Source: a virus
Virus record (IMG/VR): IMGVR_UViG_3300040801_002721
Length of the DNA: 64,000 bases
Strand: one strand, 5' to 3'
Shown: one piece after another, positions 47,168 to 56,432 of the stretch
How positions within the stretch are numbered: the first letter of the stretch is position 1
How the letters are laid out: each line of letters opens with the position of its first letter
Translations under genes and position numbers: made by a program
The notes under the pieces: model-generated
What the model was told of the DNA's origin: nothing
The model's database searches: none
The model's input: only the letters and a program-made list of their open reading frames with translations

Positions 47168-48451
47168 ATGGCTGTATTCATCGCGTTCGTAACGTCAATC
47201 GCTCTGGCTGGCGTCGCAGCATGGTTTAGTATCACGGGCCTCATGGCGATCTTTGCGGCGTTGCCGCTTTCGGTCGCTATCATGGCAGGCGTTCTAGAAG
47301 TAGGTAAACTCGTCACAGCAAGTATTCTGTACCGGAATTGGTCTACAATTCCGGCGTTGATGAAGGGATATCTATCTGCCGCTGTTGTGGTGCTGATGTT
47401 GATCACGTCGCTGGGCATCTTTGGATATCTCAGCAAAGCCCATCTTGAGCAAAACGCTCCTGTATCGAACAATATCGCTAAGATCGAACGGCTCGAACAA
47501 CGCATCGAACGCGAAGAGCGCATTATTGCTGACGCCGAAACTGTTATCGCACAACTGGATGACACTGTTGCCACTCTGATCGAGTACGACAAGATTAGTG
47601 GTCCTGACGGCGCTCGAGCCGTGCGTGATAGTCAGCAGGAACAGCGTAATCTGCTGGACCAAAGCATCGATGAAGCACAGGCTCGCATCGATGAATATCT
47701 CGACGAGAAATTTCAGTTCGAGCAACAAGTCCGTGACTTCGAAACGGAAGTTGGACCGATCAAGTACCTCGCGGCTCTCGCTTACGACAACCCTGCTGAA
47801 CACTACGATACGGCGGTGAGAGCGATCATCCTTCTTCTAATATTCGTATTTGACCCACTTGCTGTTTTGCTACTTATCACAGCAAACCACTTACAGATCA
47901 AACGCGATGGTGAAAAGATCCCAGATCCCCAACCTGCTAGCGACGATGACCTGTTTGACGTAGCCGACTACAAACACGAGCAATCACGTCTTGACCACGA
48001 ACAAGCAGTCGTTGACAACGAGGAATTGAACAATCAACTGGAACGTCTGAGGGCAGTGCTACGCGATGAGCACGAACATCCATCTTTGCCTCAACCAAAA
48101 TGGACAGAGACTGAGGAAGACTTGGGTCCAGTAGAAGAAGCATTCCACGATGCAGAAGAACTACCGTGGCGCATACAAGTGCAAGAAGACTGGGATTCGG
48201 AAGAGGAAGATGAACTACCAGAACCTCCACCAATGCCTGAGAACACAGAGCACCCCGAGCACGAAATACGCCCAACCACTTCACGCGAGGAAACCTTCAG
48301 CCCTCGACAGTCACAACAACGTGCCGCAGTTCAGCGACAGATGGAGGCGCTCAAGCGTGTAGCAGGGTCTACAGACGTTAGTCGCGTAGGCACGAATCCA
48401 CCTAGAAACCCTCTGGCGGATGTATACGAAAAGGGCAAAGACATCGGTTGA
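47168..48451 (+). CDS. Membrane protein with a coiled coil and acidic tail
   Basis: Three N-terminal hydrophobic segments, a long heptad region, a fourth TM (AIILLLIFVFDPLAVLLLI). Confidence 0.75.
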   Translation: MAVFIAFVTSIALAGVAAWFSITGLMAIFAALPLSVAIMAGVLEVGKLVTASILYRNWSTIPALMKGYLSAAVVVLMLITSLGIFGYLSKAHLEQNAPVSNNIAKIERLEQRIEREERIIADAETVIAQLDDTVATLIEYDKISGPDGARAVRDSQQEQRNLLDQSIDEAQARIDEYLDEKFQFEQQVRDFETEVGPIKYLAALAYDNPAEHYDTAVRAIILLLIFVFDPLAVLLLITANHLQIKRDGEKIPDPQPASDDDLFDVADYKHEQSRLDHEQAVVDNEELNNQLERLRAVLRDEHEHPSLPQPKWTETEEDLGPVEEAFHDAEELPWRIQVQEDWDSEEEDELPEPPPMPENTEHPEHEIRPTTSREETFSPRQSQQRAAVQRQMEALKRVAGSTDVSRVGTNPPRNPLADVYEKGKDIG

Positions 48452-48477
48452 CGTTCTTGATACAACTCCAGTATAGT
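48448..48477 (+). promoter_or_regulatory. Possible sigma70-like promoter for the clamp loader
   Basis: TTGACG-N18-TATAGT. Confidence 0.5.
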
Positions 48478-48511
48478 TCTTAGATAATCATAACTATAAG
48501 GGATTAGTTGT

Positions 48512-49432
48512 ATGGCTGGCACTCACGCTTTGTGGGCAGAGAAGTATCGACCTACCGAAATCGAGAACTACATCTTTCACGATGAGTCACATAAGCGCGC
48601 ATTCGCTAGGATGTGTATCGATCAAAGTATCCCCCATCTGCTCCTTTCAGGCGTTCAGGGGTCTGGTAAGACCACCATTGCGAAGATCCTCATTAACGAG
48701 CTCGACATCGACGATACTGACGTTCTGAAGATCAACGCTTCAGAAGAGAACTCAGTTGATACGATTCGCGACAAGATTAAGAGCTTCGTCTCAACGTTTG
48801 CTCTTGGTCCTTTCAAGGTAATCTTGCTAGACGAGGCAGACTACATCACACCAAATGGACAAGCTGTACTCCGTAATCTGATGGAGACATACAACGAAAC
48901 AGCTCGGTTCATCCTAACGTGCAACTACGAACACAAGATTCTACCTGCCATCATCTCCCGCTGTCAGCACTTCCGATTCAAGGCCGGCAATCGCGACGAC
49001 ATCACTGAGTACGTTGCCCAGATCCTCATTGACGAGAATGTGACGTTTGACCTCGACGTACTTGATACGTACGTTAGCATTGGTTACCCCGACGTTCGCA
49101 AGATCATCAACCTTCTTCAGCAGAGTGCGTCTGAGGGAGTGTTGCATGAACCGACTGGCGTCGCTAGCTCCGGAGACTACAAGTTTGATCTTCTCGACAA
49201 GATTAAGGCAGGGGATTGGCACGGCGCACGAGAGCTGTGCTGTGGTCAGGTTGTCGCCGAAGAGTGGGAAGACGTCTACAGGTTCCTCTACGAGAACGCC
49301 GACAAGTGCTTCAAGGGGGAGAAGTGGGAATCGGCTATTGTGGTAATTGCCGAACACTTATACAAGCACAGCATCTGTGCAGATCCAGAAATCAATGCAG
49401 CGGCGATGTTTATCTCATTGTCGACCATATAA
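48512..49432 (+). CDS. gp44: Clamp loader AAA+ subunit (gp44/RFC-small)
   Basis: LWAEKYRP, SGVQGSGKTT, INASEE, VILLDEADY, FILTCNY, AIISRC. Confidence 0.95.
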   Translation: MAGTHALWAEKYRPTEIENYIFHDESHKRAFARMCIDQSIPHLLLSGVQGSGKTTIAKILINELDIDDTDVLKINASEENSVDTIRDKIKSFVSTFALGPFKVILLDEADYITPNGQAVLRNLMETYNETARFILTCNYEHKILPAIISRCQHFRFKAGNRDDITEYVAQILIDENVTFDLDVLDTYVSIGYPDVRKIINLLQQSASEGVLHEPTGVASSGDYKFDLLDKIKAGDWHGARELCCGQVVAEEWEDVYRFLYENADKCFKGEKWESAIVVIAEHLYKHSICADPEINAAAMFISLSTI

Positions 49433-49443
49433 GGAGAATAATA

Positions 49444-50172
49444 ATGGAAGAATGGGCAACACCAGTCACGCGCATCAACACCGACACTATTGTCGCCAAT
49501 GTACCCTCTTCACTAAACGGAGGAGTAACGCTTGGCCCTGTTACGGTCAACGCTTACTTCGTTGTTGACATTCCGAAGTTCAATCCAGCAATCCAGCCAA
49601 TTGAAGCGAATCTGTGGGAGAGTGGGAAGATTGTTGCAACCAAGCCCCCATACCGCGTAGAGCTCGACGAGACAGCCATCACAGAATATGCGATTGACGT
49701 CAGCTTTGAAACCTTGATCGAAGACAAGTCGTCGGTTATGGTTGAGTTGGTGTTCAAGAATCACACCGTCGGTACTCGTAAGTTGTGGAGTCAGATTCAT
49801 ACAGAAGCTGGGATCGCCACCCCTGATCTCAATGGTTGTGACATTATCAATGTTGAGCTTCCGGGCGATATTACAGTTACAGCAACACCTATTGATTCGG
49901 GTCTGATAGGTGGTGGTACTATTTCGATCAATGAACCAATTCAATATCATGAGATCACGTTCTTCAATGGCAATCAAGACATCATGAGAATCGATGCATC
50001 GACCGGTGAAATCGAGTGGTTTATCGAACCGTCTGAAGCCGCCGTACAGGCGTGGAAGATCATGAAGGACGCCTTCCCCCAAGCATTCCAGCTTCCCACA
50101 AAGGAAGTAGAACCTGAAGCCGCAGACATTCTAACGGCATATGAACGAGCAATGAGAGTAGTGGAGAAATAA
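49444..50172 (+). CDS. Hypothetical protein (start revised to ATG 49444)
   Basis: SD AAGGAG. Confidence 0.7.
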   Translation: MEEWATPVTRINTDTIVANVPSSLNGGVTLGPVTVNAYFVVDIPKFNPAIQPIEANLWESGKIVATKPPYRVELDETAITEYAIDVSFETLIEDKSSVMVELVFKNHTVGTRKLWSQIHTEAGIATPDLNGCDIINVELPGDITVTATPIDSGLIGGGTISINEPIQYHEITFFNGNQDIMRIDASTGEIEWFIEPSEAAVQAWKIMKDAFPQAFQLPTKEVEPEAADILTAYERAMRVVEK

Positions 50173-50462
50173 TGGCTTCGAACAAACGACTAGAAAAGAT
50201 CGCTAACACAGCGAACCGCAGCGACAAGGTATCGTGGAATCGCAAGATGGATAATATGGTTCGTCTTGTTGCGCGGATCAACGAGATCCAAGACGAAATC
50301 TGGGATCTTGAAGCAGAAAAGCAGCCACTGTTCGACGAGATGACGGAGCTCCGTGAAGTGATGATCCGTGAGTGCATTCACCCAGTCAACCACCTTATCG
50401 AACACGAAGATCACGTGTATTGTAAGTTCTGTGAGAGACGCATTGCCCCAGCAAACGAATAA
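50172..50462 (+). CDS. Small coiled-coil protein with a C-terminal Cys/His cluster
   Basis: ECIHP...HVYCKFC. Confidence 0.7.
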   Translation: MASNKRLEKIANTANRSDKVSWNRKMDNMVRLVARINEIQDEIWDLEAEKQPLFDEMTELREVMIRECIHPVNHLIEHEDHVYCKFCERRIAPANE

Positions 50463-50934
50463 AGGTCGATCGCTCAACATATTTAACCTCCTATCTCGGA
50501 TCAGTGAGAAGGATGCTGCATACATTGACGTTCTCGACGAGAAAGAGACAAAGGAGTTTCAACCCTTCGTTACGATGAGGTGGCTGACTGGTACATCCGA
50601 TCCGCGTCAGATCTACTTCCTCAACGAGCTCGTCAACCCTCATGTGTTTGAGTTCCGCGATAAGCGACTACTGTACTACCTGCTGACTATAGCAGCATCC
50701 GGTCAGCATCAACGGTACAAATGGAAGAAGCCTGCGTCCCGCAAGGGCGCATCGCTTTCCACAGCCGTAACAGTGATCAAACGTTTCTACGACTACACAA
50801 CGAAACAAGCTGTGGACGTGTTGCCCATTCTCTCTAACGAGCAGATCATGGAACATGCGGAGGATCTTGGTCTTCAGAAGGAGGAGATCAATCAGCTCCG
50901 CAAAGAACTGAAGACCCGAAATGGCAAAGTATAA
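50443..50934 (+). CDS. Putative clamp loader subunit (gp62-like); TTG start proposed
   Basis: IFNLLSRI...FQPFVTMRWL...YFLNELVN; close to gp44. Confidence 0.55.
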   Translation: MPQQTNKGRSLNIFNLLSRISEKDAAYIDVLDEKETKEFQPFVTMRWLTGTSDPRQIYFLNELVNPHVFEFRDKRLLYYLLTIAASGQHQRYKWKKPASRKGASLSTAVTVIKRFYDYTTKQAVDVLPILSNEQIMEHAEDLGLQKEEINQLRKELKTRNGKV

Positions 50935-51601
50935 CTACCGATGCAAATTCTGCGATGCTGGGTTCGTTCGTGAAGATCGATACCTCAAGCATCGCTGCAA
51001 GGCAATGGAGCGTGATGAAGAGATTCGCACACCGATTGGCCAAGCAGCATGGGAGTATTATAAGCTGTGGTTGACCCTACAGCGCCGCCAGGCACCAACA
51101 GTTCAAACTTTCCTTGACTCGCGCTACTATACGGCACTCGTTCGCTTCGCTAAGTTTGCTCAGAAGACTGGAATCCCGAACACTGAGCAATACATCAAGT
51201 ATATGGTACGCAGCGACGTTAGTCCTATGCTGTGGACAAACGATCAGATGTACAGCGACTACCTGCAGTATTTGGACCGCGGTAGGGATCCAATGGCACA
51301 GGTGCAATACACGATCGACTACCTATTCAAGATCGCCGATGCTCTCGAATGTGAAGTAGGTGAAATCTTCGACCATCTCAACGCTGACGAAGTGATTATG
51401 ATGCTTCGTCGCCGCCAACTAACCCCTTGGATTCTGCTGCATAGCTCGAAGTTTAGAGATTTCACACAGAAGAAGATGACTACAGACCAACAGATGGTCT
51501 TCAAAACAATTGTCAAACCTGAGACGTGGGTCTCCCGCCGCAAAGACAATCCTGACATTGTAGCCACTATGAAAGAAATCGTCCGCGAACTCAACTTGTA
51601 A
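50921..51601 (+). CDS. Hypothetical protein with an N-terminal C2H2-like zinc finger
   Basis: YRCKFCDAGFVREDRYLKHRC. Confidence 0.7.
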   Translation: MAKYNYRCKFCDAGFVREDRYLKHRCKAMERDEEIRTPIGQAAWEYYKLWLTLQRRQAPTVQTFLDSRYYTALVRFAKFAQKTGIPNTEQYIKYMVRSDVSPMLWTNDQMYSDYLQYLDRGRDPMAQVQYTIDYLFKIADALECEVGEIFDHLNADEVIMMLRRRQLTPWILLHSSKFRDFTQKKMTTDQQMVFKTIVKPETWVSRRKDNPDIVATMKEIVRELNL

Positions 51602-51640
51602 GGCCGCCTAAATACGGTACAAGTTTTCGCGGATGGATAA

Positions 51641-52942
51641 ATGTCAGACACGTATTTCCTGTATCTCTCAGACGGCACGTTCGAAGCTACAATTGATCCA
51701 GGCACAACAAAATCAGTACGCAATCTGGACCTCGATGGTTTCCAGAAACCTGCCTATGGGGAACGCAGAAACAACAACTACGTACGTCTACTAACGAACT
51801 TCGCCAGCGAAGAAGATCCTTCTAACCCCGGCAACCCGCGACCAGAGGTAATCGCTAATCCGTTGCCAGGGCAGTTGTGGTTCAACAAGACATCCAATCC
51901 GCCAGGATATCCCAACGGACGCTTGAACGTGTTTGATGGTACCTCGTGGCGAGAGATCGGCGAGGACATTTATGCGCTCGATCAAGACGACTTGAGCGCT
52001 ACCGGCGGTTCCATTAACCTTCTTCTGAGCTCCGGCAACCCAGGCGATGAGGTTCGGATCAACAACATAGCTGCGCGTGACGAGGTGCAAGACCACATCA
52101 ATAACGTCGCTGACCTGCATCCTGCGACTGCCATCAGCGTGACGGGGTTTGCACCGCTAGTCAACGTTGATCAAGTGATCGATGATCTAGACAACACGAT
52201 TGATGCTCACATAATCGATACAGTTGATGCACACGACGGTATAAATATTTCAGTAACTCCATCCGGTTTCACATCAACCAACGTTCAAGCAGCGCTCGTT
52301 GAGTTATCTGCTGACATTAACGCACTGTCTGCTCTTGTAGGCGGTTCAAGCACACTCCTTCAAGATCACATTGACGATACAGTTGATGCTCATGATTCGT
52401 CGGCAATTTCTTACAACAACAGCTCCTCGGGATTCGCTGCTACGAACGTACAAGATGCTCTTGTAGAACTAGCAGCTGCTGCAACAGTTACATCATCAAG
52501 TACTATCATTGACAGCATCCGAGTTACTCGCACATCAGCGCAAACGATTTCTGCTGGGGGGACAGTAGTGCTGTTCAACACAGTTGTCAGTGGTATTGGC
52601 GGAATGTCCGGACAGTACAGCACAATTACGGGTAGATATACAGCGGCGTACGATCAGATTGTACGAGTTAGTGCTTGTGTAGGACTGCAGCAGGTATTGT
52701 CAGAAAACTTGATGTTCGTGCAGATCCGCAGAAACGGCGCTGTGCAGCGAAGAGCAAACAAATATCAATGGGGAGAAAACTTCCCCTCACAGGAAGAGGT
52801 TGAATGTTCGTGCCTCGTTGAGCTGGCGGCAGGACAATATATTGACGTGGTCGCGGGGCGAAACCCTTCTGGTTCAACGGGCGTTGTGGCGACTGGACAA
52901 ACAACCTTCATGGAGATTGACATTTTGAGGGATCTATCATGA
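51641..52942 (+). CDS. Baseplate-anchored fibre paralog 1 with a C1q-like tip
   Basis: Late promoter TAAATA 51609-14; YGE..N.N..RLL.NFA...PGQLWF anchor; HI.DTVDAHD repeats; VLFNTV...YTA..DQIVRVSA tip. Confidence 0.75.
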   Translation: MSDTYFLYLSDGTFEATIDPGTTKSVRNLDLDGFQKPAYGERRNNNYVRLLTNFASEEDPSNPGNPRPEVIANPLPGQLWFNKTSNPPGYPNGRLNVFDGTSWREIGEDIYALDQDDLSATGGSINLLLSSGNPGDEVRINNIAARDEVQDHINNVADLHPATAISVTGFAPLVNVDQVIDDLDNTIDAHIIDTVDAHDGINISVTPSGFTSTNVQAALVELSADINALSALVGGSSTLLQDHIDDTVDAHDSSAISYNNSSSGFAATNVQDALVELAAAATVTSSSTIIDSIRVTRTSAQTISAGGTVVLFNTVVSGIGGMSGQYSTITGRYTAAYDQIVRVSACVGLQQVLSENLMFVQIRRNGAVQRRANKYQWGENFPSQEEVECSCLVELAAGQYIDVVAGRNPSGSTGVVATGQTTFMEIDILRDLS

Positions 52943-54249
52943 GTAGAACTAGATACCTGCTAGTCGACGCTGATAGCAACTTCATTGGCTATCTCTCCAA
53001 AGACAGCCTGACGCTAACGGATGGTACGGCAATCACACCTCCTGAACTGGGTGGGTTGTCATTCACGGGTCGTGGTGATACACCTTATGGTGTAGAACGA
53101 AACGAGAATATCTTGCGACTGCTCGACAACTTCGCTTCTGATGAGATTGCCGCTAACACTCCATCGCCAACTGTGATCGATAATCCTCTTGTGGGTCAGC
53201 TCTGGTATAACAGAACTACAGAAACACTTCTGGTATACGGAAATAGTGGCTGGCAAAGTGTTTCAGTCGACCGTCACGTTGAGTCAATTGATGACAGTAG
53301 GCTCGTTTCACAAGGCGAAGTCGATCTTGTGCGGAATGCCGCGTCCGGGTTTCCTCCGATCACGCTTGTAAACATCGCCCACGAGACGGGTGCTGGTGGA
53401 TTCGCAGAACACGTGGGAACATCTCCAAACGCTCACCCAGCTGAGTTTATCACGTATGGTGGCACAGATACACAGAATGCTATCGAGAATCTGTTTACTG
53501 ATGTTTTTGATCACATCAATGACCCTACCGCCGCACACAACGCCACCGCTATCTCGCTGCCAACAGGAATCGGTATCATTGGTGATCCAGACGATGTGCA
53601 AGAGGCGATTGATAATCTACTAGCCGAACTAGCTATCATTGACGGAAACATCACGGGCGACGCACTAACCGATCACATCAACGATCCTGTCGATGCTCAT
53701 GATGCTTCGGCAATCTCTGTTCCAACAGGACTTGGCCTTCCAGGTAACCCAACAGACGTACAAACGGCCATCGAGAACATCAACGCATCTGTTGGTGTTG
53801 GCGGCAGTGGTGTGCTTGGTGTAAGTCGTTTCGTTAAGACCGGGCCGCAGGCTATTGGAACTTCGACCAAGATTGTTTTCCCCTCGATTGAGTTAGACAC
53901 CGGAGGAGGTCAATACTCAACAGGTACAAGTACATACACAGCAACATTCCAACAAGAAGTCAACGTCACGGTTGCTCTTAAATTCACTGCCGTAAATGAA
54001 AGTGAAGGGGAAATACAGATCAGACGCAATGGTGGTATTGTTCGACGATCTCGCTTCACCAACTTCGACAACAGTTTCAGCACGTCGATTCTGACGCAAG
54101 ATTACGCTTTTGAAATCAGCATTAAGCTCCTACTAGCGTTTGGCGATACCGTTGAAGTATATGGAGCAATTTCACCTGGCTCTGGTAACGTCCTTGCCGA
54201 TGCAACAGGCACATTCGTGGAGTTTGACGTAGTGAGGGATTTGTCATAA
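52939..54249 (+). CDS. Fibre paralog 2 with a C1q-like tip
   Basis: Same anchor (YGVERNENILRLLDNFA..VGQLWY), HINDP..AH repeats, KIVFPSIELD..TYTA tip. Confidence 0.75.
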   Translation: MSRTRYLLVDADSNFIGYLSKDSLTLTDGTAITPPELGGLSFTGRGDTPYGVERNENILRLLDNFASDEIAANTPSPTVIDNPLVGQLWYNRTTETLLVYGNSGWQSVSVDRHVESIDDSRLVSQGEVDLVRNAASGFPPITLVNIAHETGAGGFAEHVGTSPNAHPAEFITYGGTDTQNAIENLFTDVFDHINDPTAAHNATAISLPTGIGIIGDPDDVQEAIDNLLAELAIIDGNITGDALTDHINDPVDAHDASAISVPTGLGLPGNPTDVQTAIENINASVGVGGSGVLGVSRFVKTGPQAIGTSTKIVFPSIELDTGGGQYSTGTSTYTATFQQEVNVTVALKFTAVNESEGEIQIRRNGGIVRRSRFTNFDNSFSTSILTQDYAFEISIKLLLAFGDTVEVYGAISPGSGNVLADATGTFVEFDVVRDLS

Positions 54250-56405
54250 TGGCTAACACATATCAACTTAACTTCAGCGACGGTACGCCTGCTTTCAATC
54301 TCAATGAGAATGAACTGCGCGAAGAATATGGTCTTGTATTCGTAGGTCGTGGTGTCGAAGACTACGGCCAAGCGCGCAACCAAAACCTACTGATTCTTCT
54401 TGATAACTTTGCGACAGCATCGACACCATCTCCAGCGCTTGAAGGTCAGCTATGGTACCGCAAGAACGACGGTACGCTGCTCCTTGCTCAAGGTGCGGGG
54501 CCTACGTTTGATGCAATTGGCGACGACATCTATCTTGACGCTGCAACATACACCATCGCTAGCAATTCAGTTACGCTTACTCGGAACGCGGCTGGACCAC
54601 TAACGATTTCCAACATCACCCAGCTAGACGAATACAACGCCCATATCAGTACCAACGGGCACACTGCAGATAACATCAGTTTTGATCCCAGCGCTCTATC
54701 CATTCCAGGCCCTGGTCCTGGTACCGACGTGCAGGATATTTTGGAGCAGATTGACACTGCCTTTTCTAACCACCTTACAGCCGCTGCAGCACACGCTGGG
54801 ACAGCAATAGCATCTACTCCTGAAGGAAACGTTCAGCTTGATCTCGAAGCTATCTGGGACGAGTATCAACTACTCCTTGGACAAGCAGGTGGTGGCTCGG
54901 CCGATATCACAGCCCACATCAACGATCCAACGGCTGCACATCCTGCAAGTGCCATCTCGTTTGTACCAGGGGGTGGCATCACAGCAAACTCCGTACAAAC
55001 TGCAATCGATCAAGTCAAAAACACCATCGACACACTACCAACCGCAACAGGTGTCGTCGACGTTGCCCGTGCATATTCGACATCAGCAACAACTGTAGCA
55101 TCCGGCACATCTGTTGGTGCACTGCCTGCTACGTGGTCCAAGATCAACGTTACAACTGTCTTACTTGGTGACGATCTAGGAAACTTCTCAGGCGGTTCGT
55201 ACACTGCGGATCGAGATATGCGTGTTCGCATTCGAGGATTTGCGAATATCGAAGCAGGAAGCCTAGGACAGTACGTTCACCTCCGTCTAAGACTCAATGG
55301 TAGCACTACGCTTCGTGAGGGTATAACGCTGCGGAACGCAAGCTCCTCGGCGCCGCCTGTAATTGTTTCTGTTGAGGTGTCGACTGTAGTTGACCTTGTA
55401 TTTGGCGATATCATTGACTTAGAAGCTGCACTACGACCAACAATTGTCGGACTCACAGCTTCAGGCACGTGCCAGGCCGGCTTCGACGACAACTCACTCG
55501 AAATAGAAGTGCTCGACGCTGACGTTCCTCCTGTGATACCGCCAGCCGTGCAACCTGACTGGCAAGGGTCTGCAACACAGATTCAGGTGTTCAGCGATAA
55601 CCCCGATCCCGTAGGCACTGCAAGAGCCCAGGTATTTTTCAACAGTGATGGTACTGTTAGCTCGAACACGTTTGGCGATCCGTCCCCAACACAAATTCAC
55701 CCAACAGCATGGATTGCGGGGGCTCCTACGCCTGGCGTCGGCTCTGACTATCAAATCGAAATAGTTCGGACGGGAGGCGATTTCATTACAGGTGAGACAG
55801 GAGCAAACAACTGGCAAGCTCTGCCCCGCACGCTCGATACAGGCAACGTTACCAATCCTCCGTCTCTCCCAGGTAACGATCGAACGTCGAATGGTACAGT
55901 CAGAATTCGCAGCTCGATCAACCCAACGCTTATAACAGCTACAATCAACTGGTTTGTTCGTGCTTCCGTTCCGGATGATCCTTCCGGCTGCTTCGCTGCC
56001 GGAAGTCAGGTGCTGATGAGCGATGGTACAACCAAAGCGATTGAGCACATTGTGATTGGGGATGTTGTTGCTGGAGACAGTGGATATTACAACGAGGTTG
56101 AAGGTGTTGTCGTTGTCAATACAGAACGTCTGTACTCACTGAACCGTGGTAGCTTCTTTGTGACAGCGGCACACCCATTCCTGACAGTTGACGGGTGGAA
56201 AGCAATCGACCCGTCCCTGTCTAACAGCTATCAGGATATCGATGTCGGTACGCTAGAAGTTGGTGATCAACTGATCACCACCACAGGTTATGAAGTTGTC
56301 ACGTCTGTTGAGTCTATCGAAGTGCAGGATACCGTCGTGTATACACTACAAGTTAACGGTAACGATACGTTTATCGTCGATGGCTACGTAGTGCACAACA
56401 AGTAA
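54249..56405 (+). CDS. Fibre paralog 3 ending in a Hint domain
   Basis: Same anchor (YGQARNQNLLILLDNFA..EGQLWY), His repeats, C1q-like domain, beta domain, then a Hint domain. Confidence 0.8.
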   Translation: MANTYQLNFSDGTPAFNLNENELREEYGLVFVGRGVEDYGQARNQNLLILLDNFATASTPSPALEGQLWYRKNDGTLLLAQGAGPTFDAIGDDIYLDAATYTIASNSVTLTRNAAGPLTISNITQLDEYNAHISTNGHTADNISFDPSALSIPGPGPGTDVQDILEQIDTAFSNHLTAAAAHAGTAIASTPEGNVQLDLEAIWDEYQLLLGQAGGGSADITAHINDPTAAHPASAISFVPGGGITANSVQTAIDQVKNTIDTLPTATGVVDVARAYSTSATTVASGTSVGALPATWSKINVTTVLLGDDLGNFSGGSYTADRDMRVRIRGFANIEAGSLGQYVHLRLRLNGSTTLREGITLRNASSSAPPVIVSVEVSTVVDLVFGDIIDLEAALRPTIVGLTASGTCQAGFDDNSLEIEVLDADVPPVIPPAVQPDWQGSATQIQVFSDNPDPVGTARAQVFFNSDGTVSSNTFGDPSPTQIHPTAWIAGAPTPGVGSDYQIEIVRTGGDFITGETGANNWQALPRTLDTGNVTNPPSLPGNDRTSNGTVRIRSSINPTLITATINWFVRASVPDDPSGCFAAGSQVLMSDGTTKAIEHIVIGDVVAGDSGYYNEVEGVVVVNTERLYSLNRGSFFVTAAHPFLTVDGWKAIDPSLSNSYQDIDVGTLEVGDQLITTTGYEVVTSVESIEVQDTVVYTLQVNGNDTFIVDGYVVHNK
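55989..56399 (+). other. C-terminal Hint (intein-like) domain, 137 aa, without endonuclease
   Basis: CFAAGSQVLMSDG (block A), FVTAAHPF (TxxH block B), VYTLQV..NDTFIVDGYVVHN (blocks F/G), then Lys-TAA. Confidence 0.92.
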
Positions 56406-56432
56406 ATACGGTATACCTAAAGAGGAAGGCAG

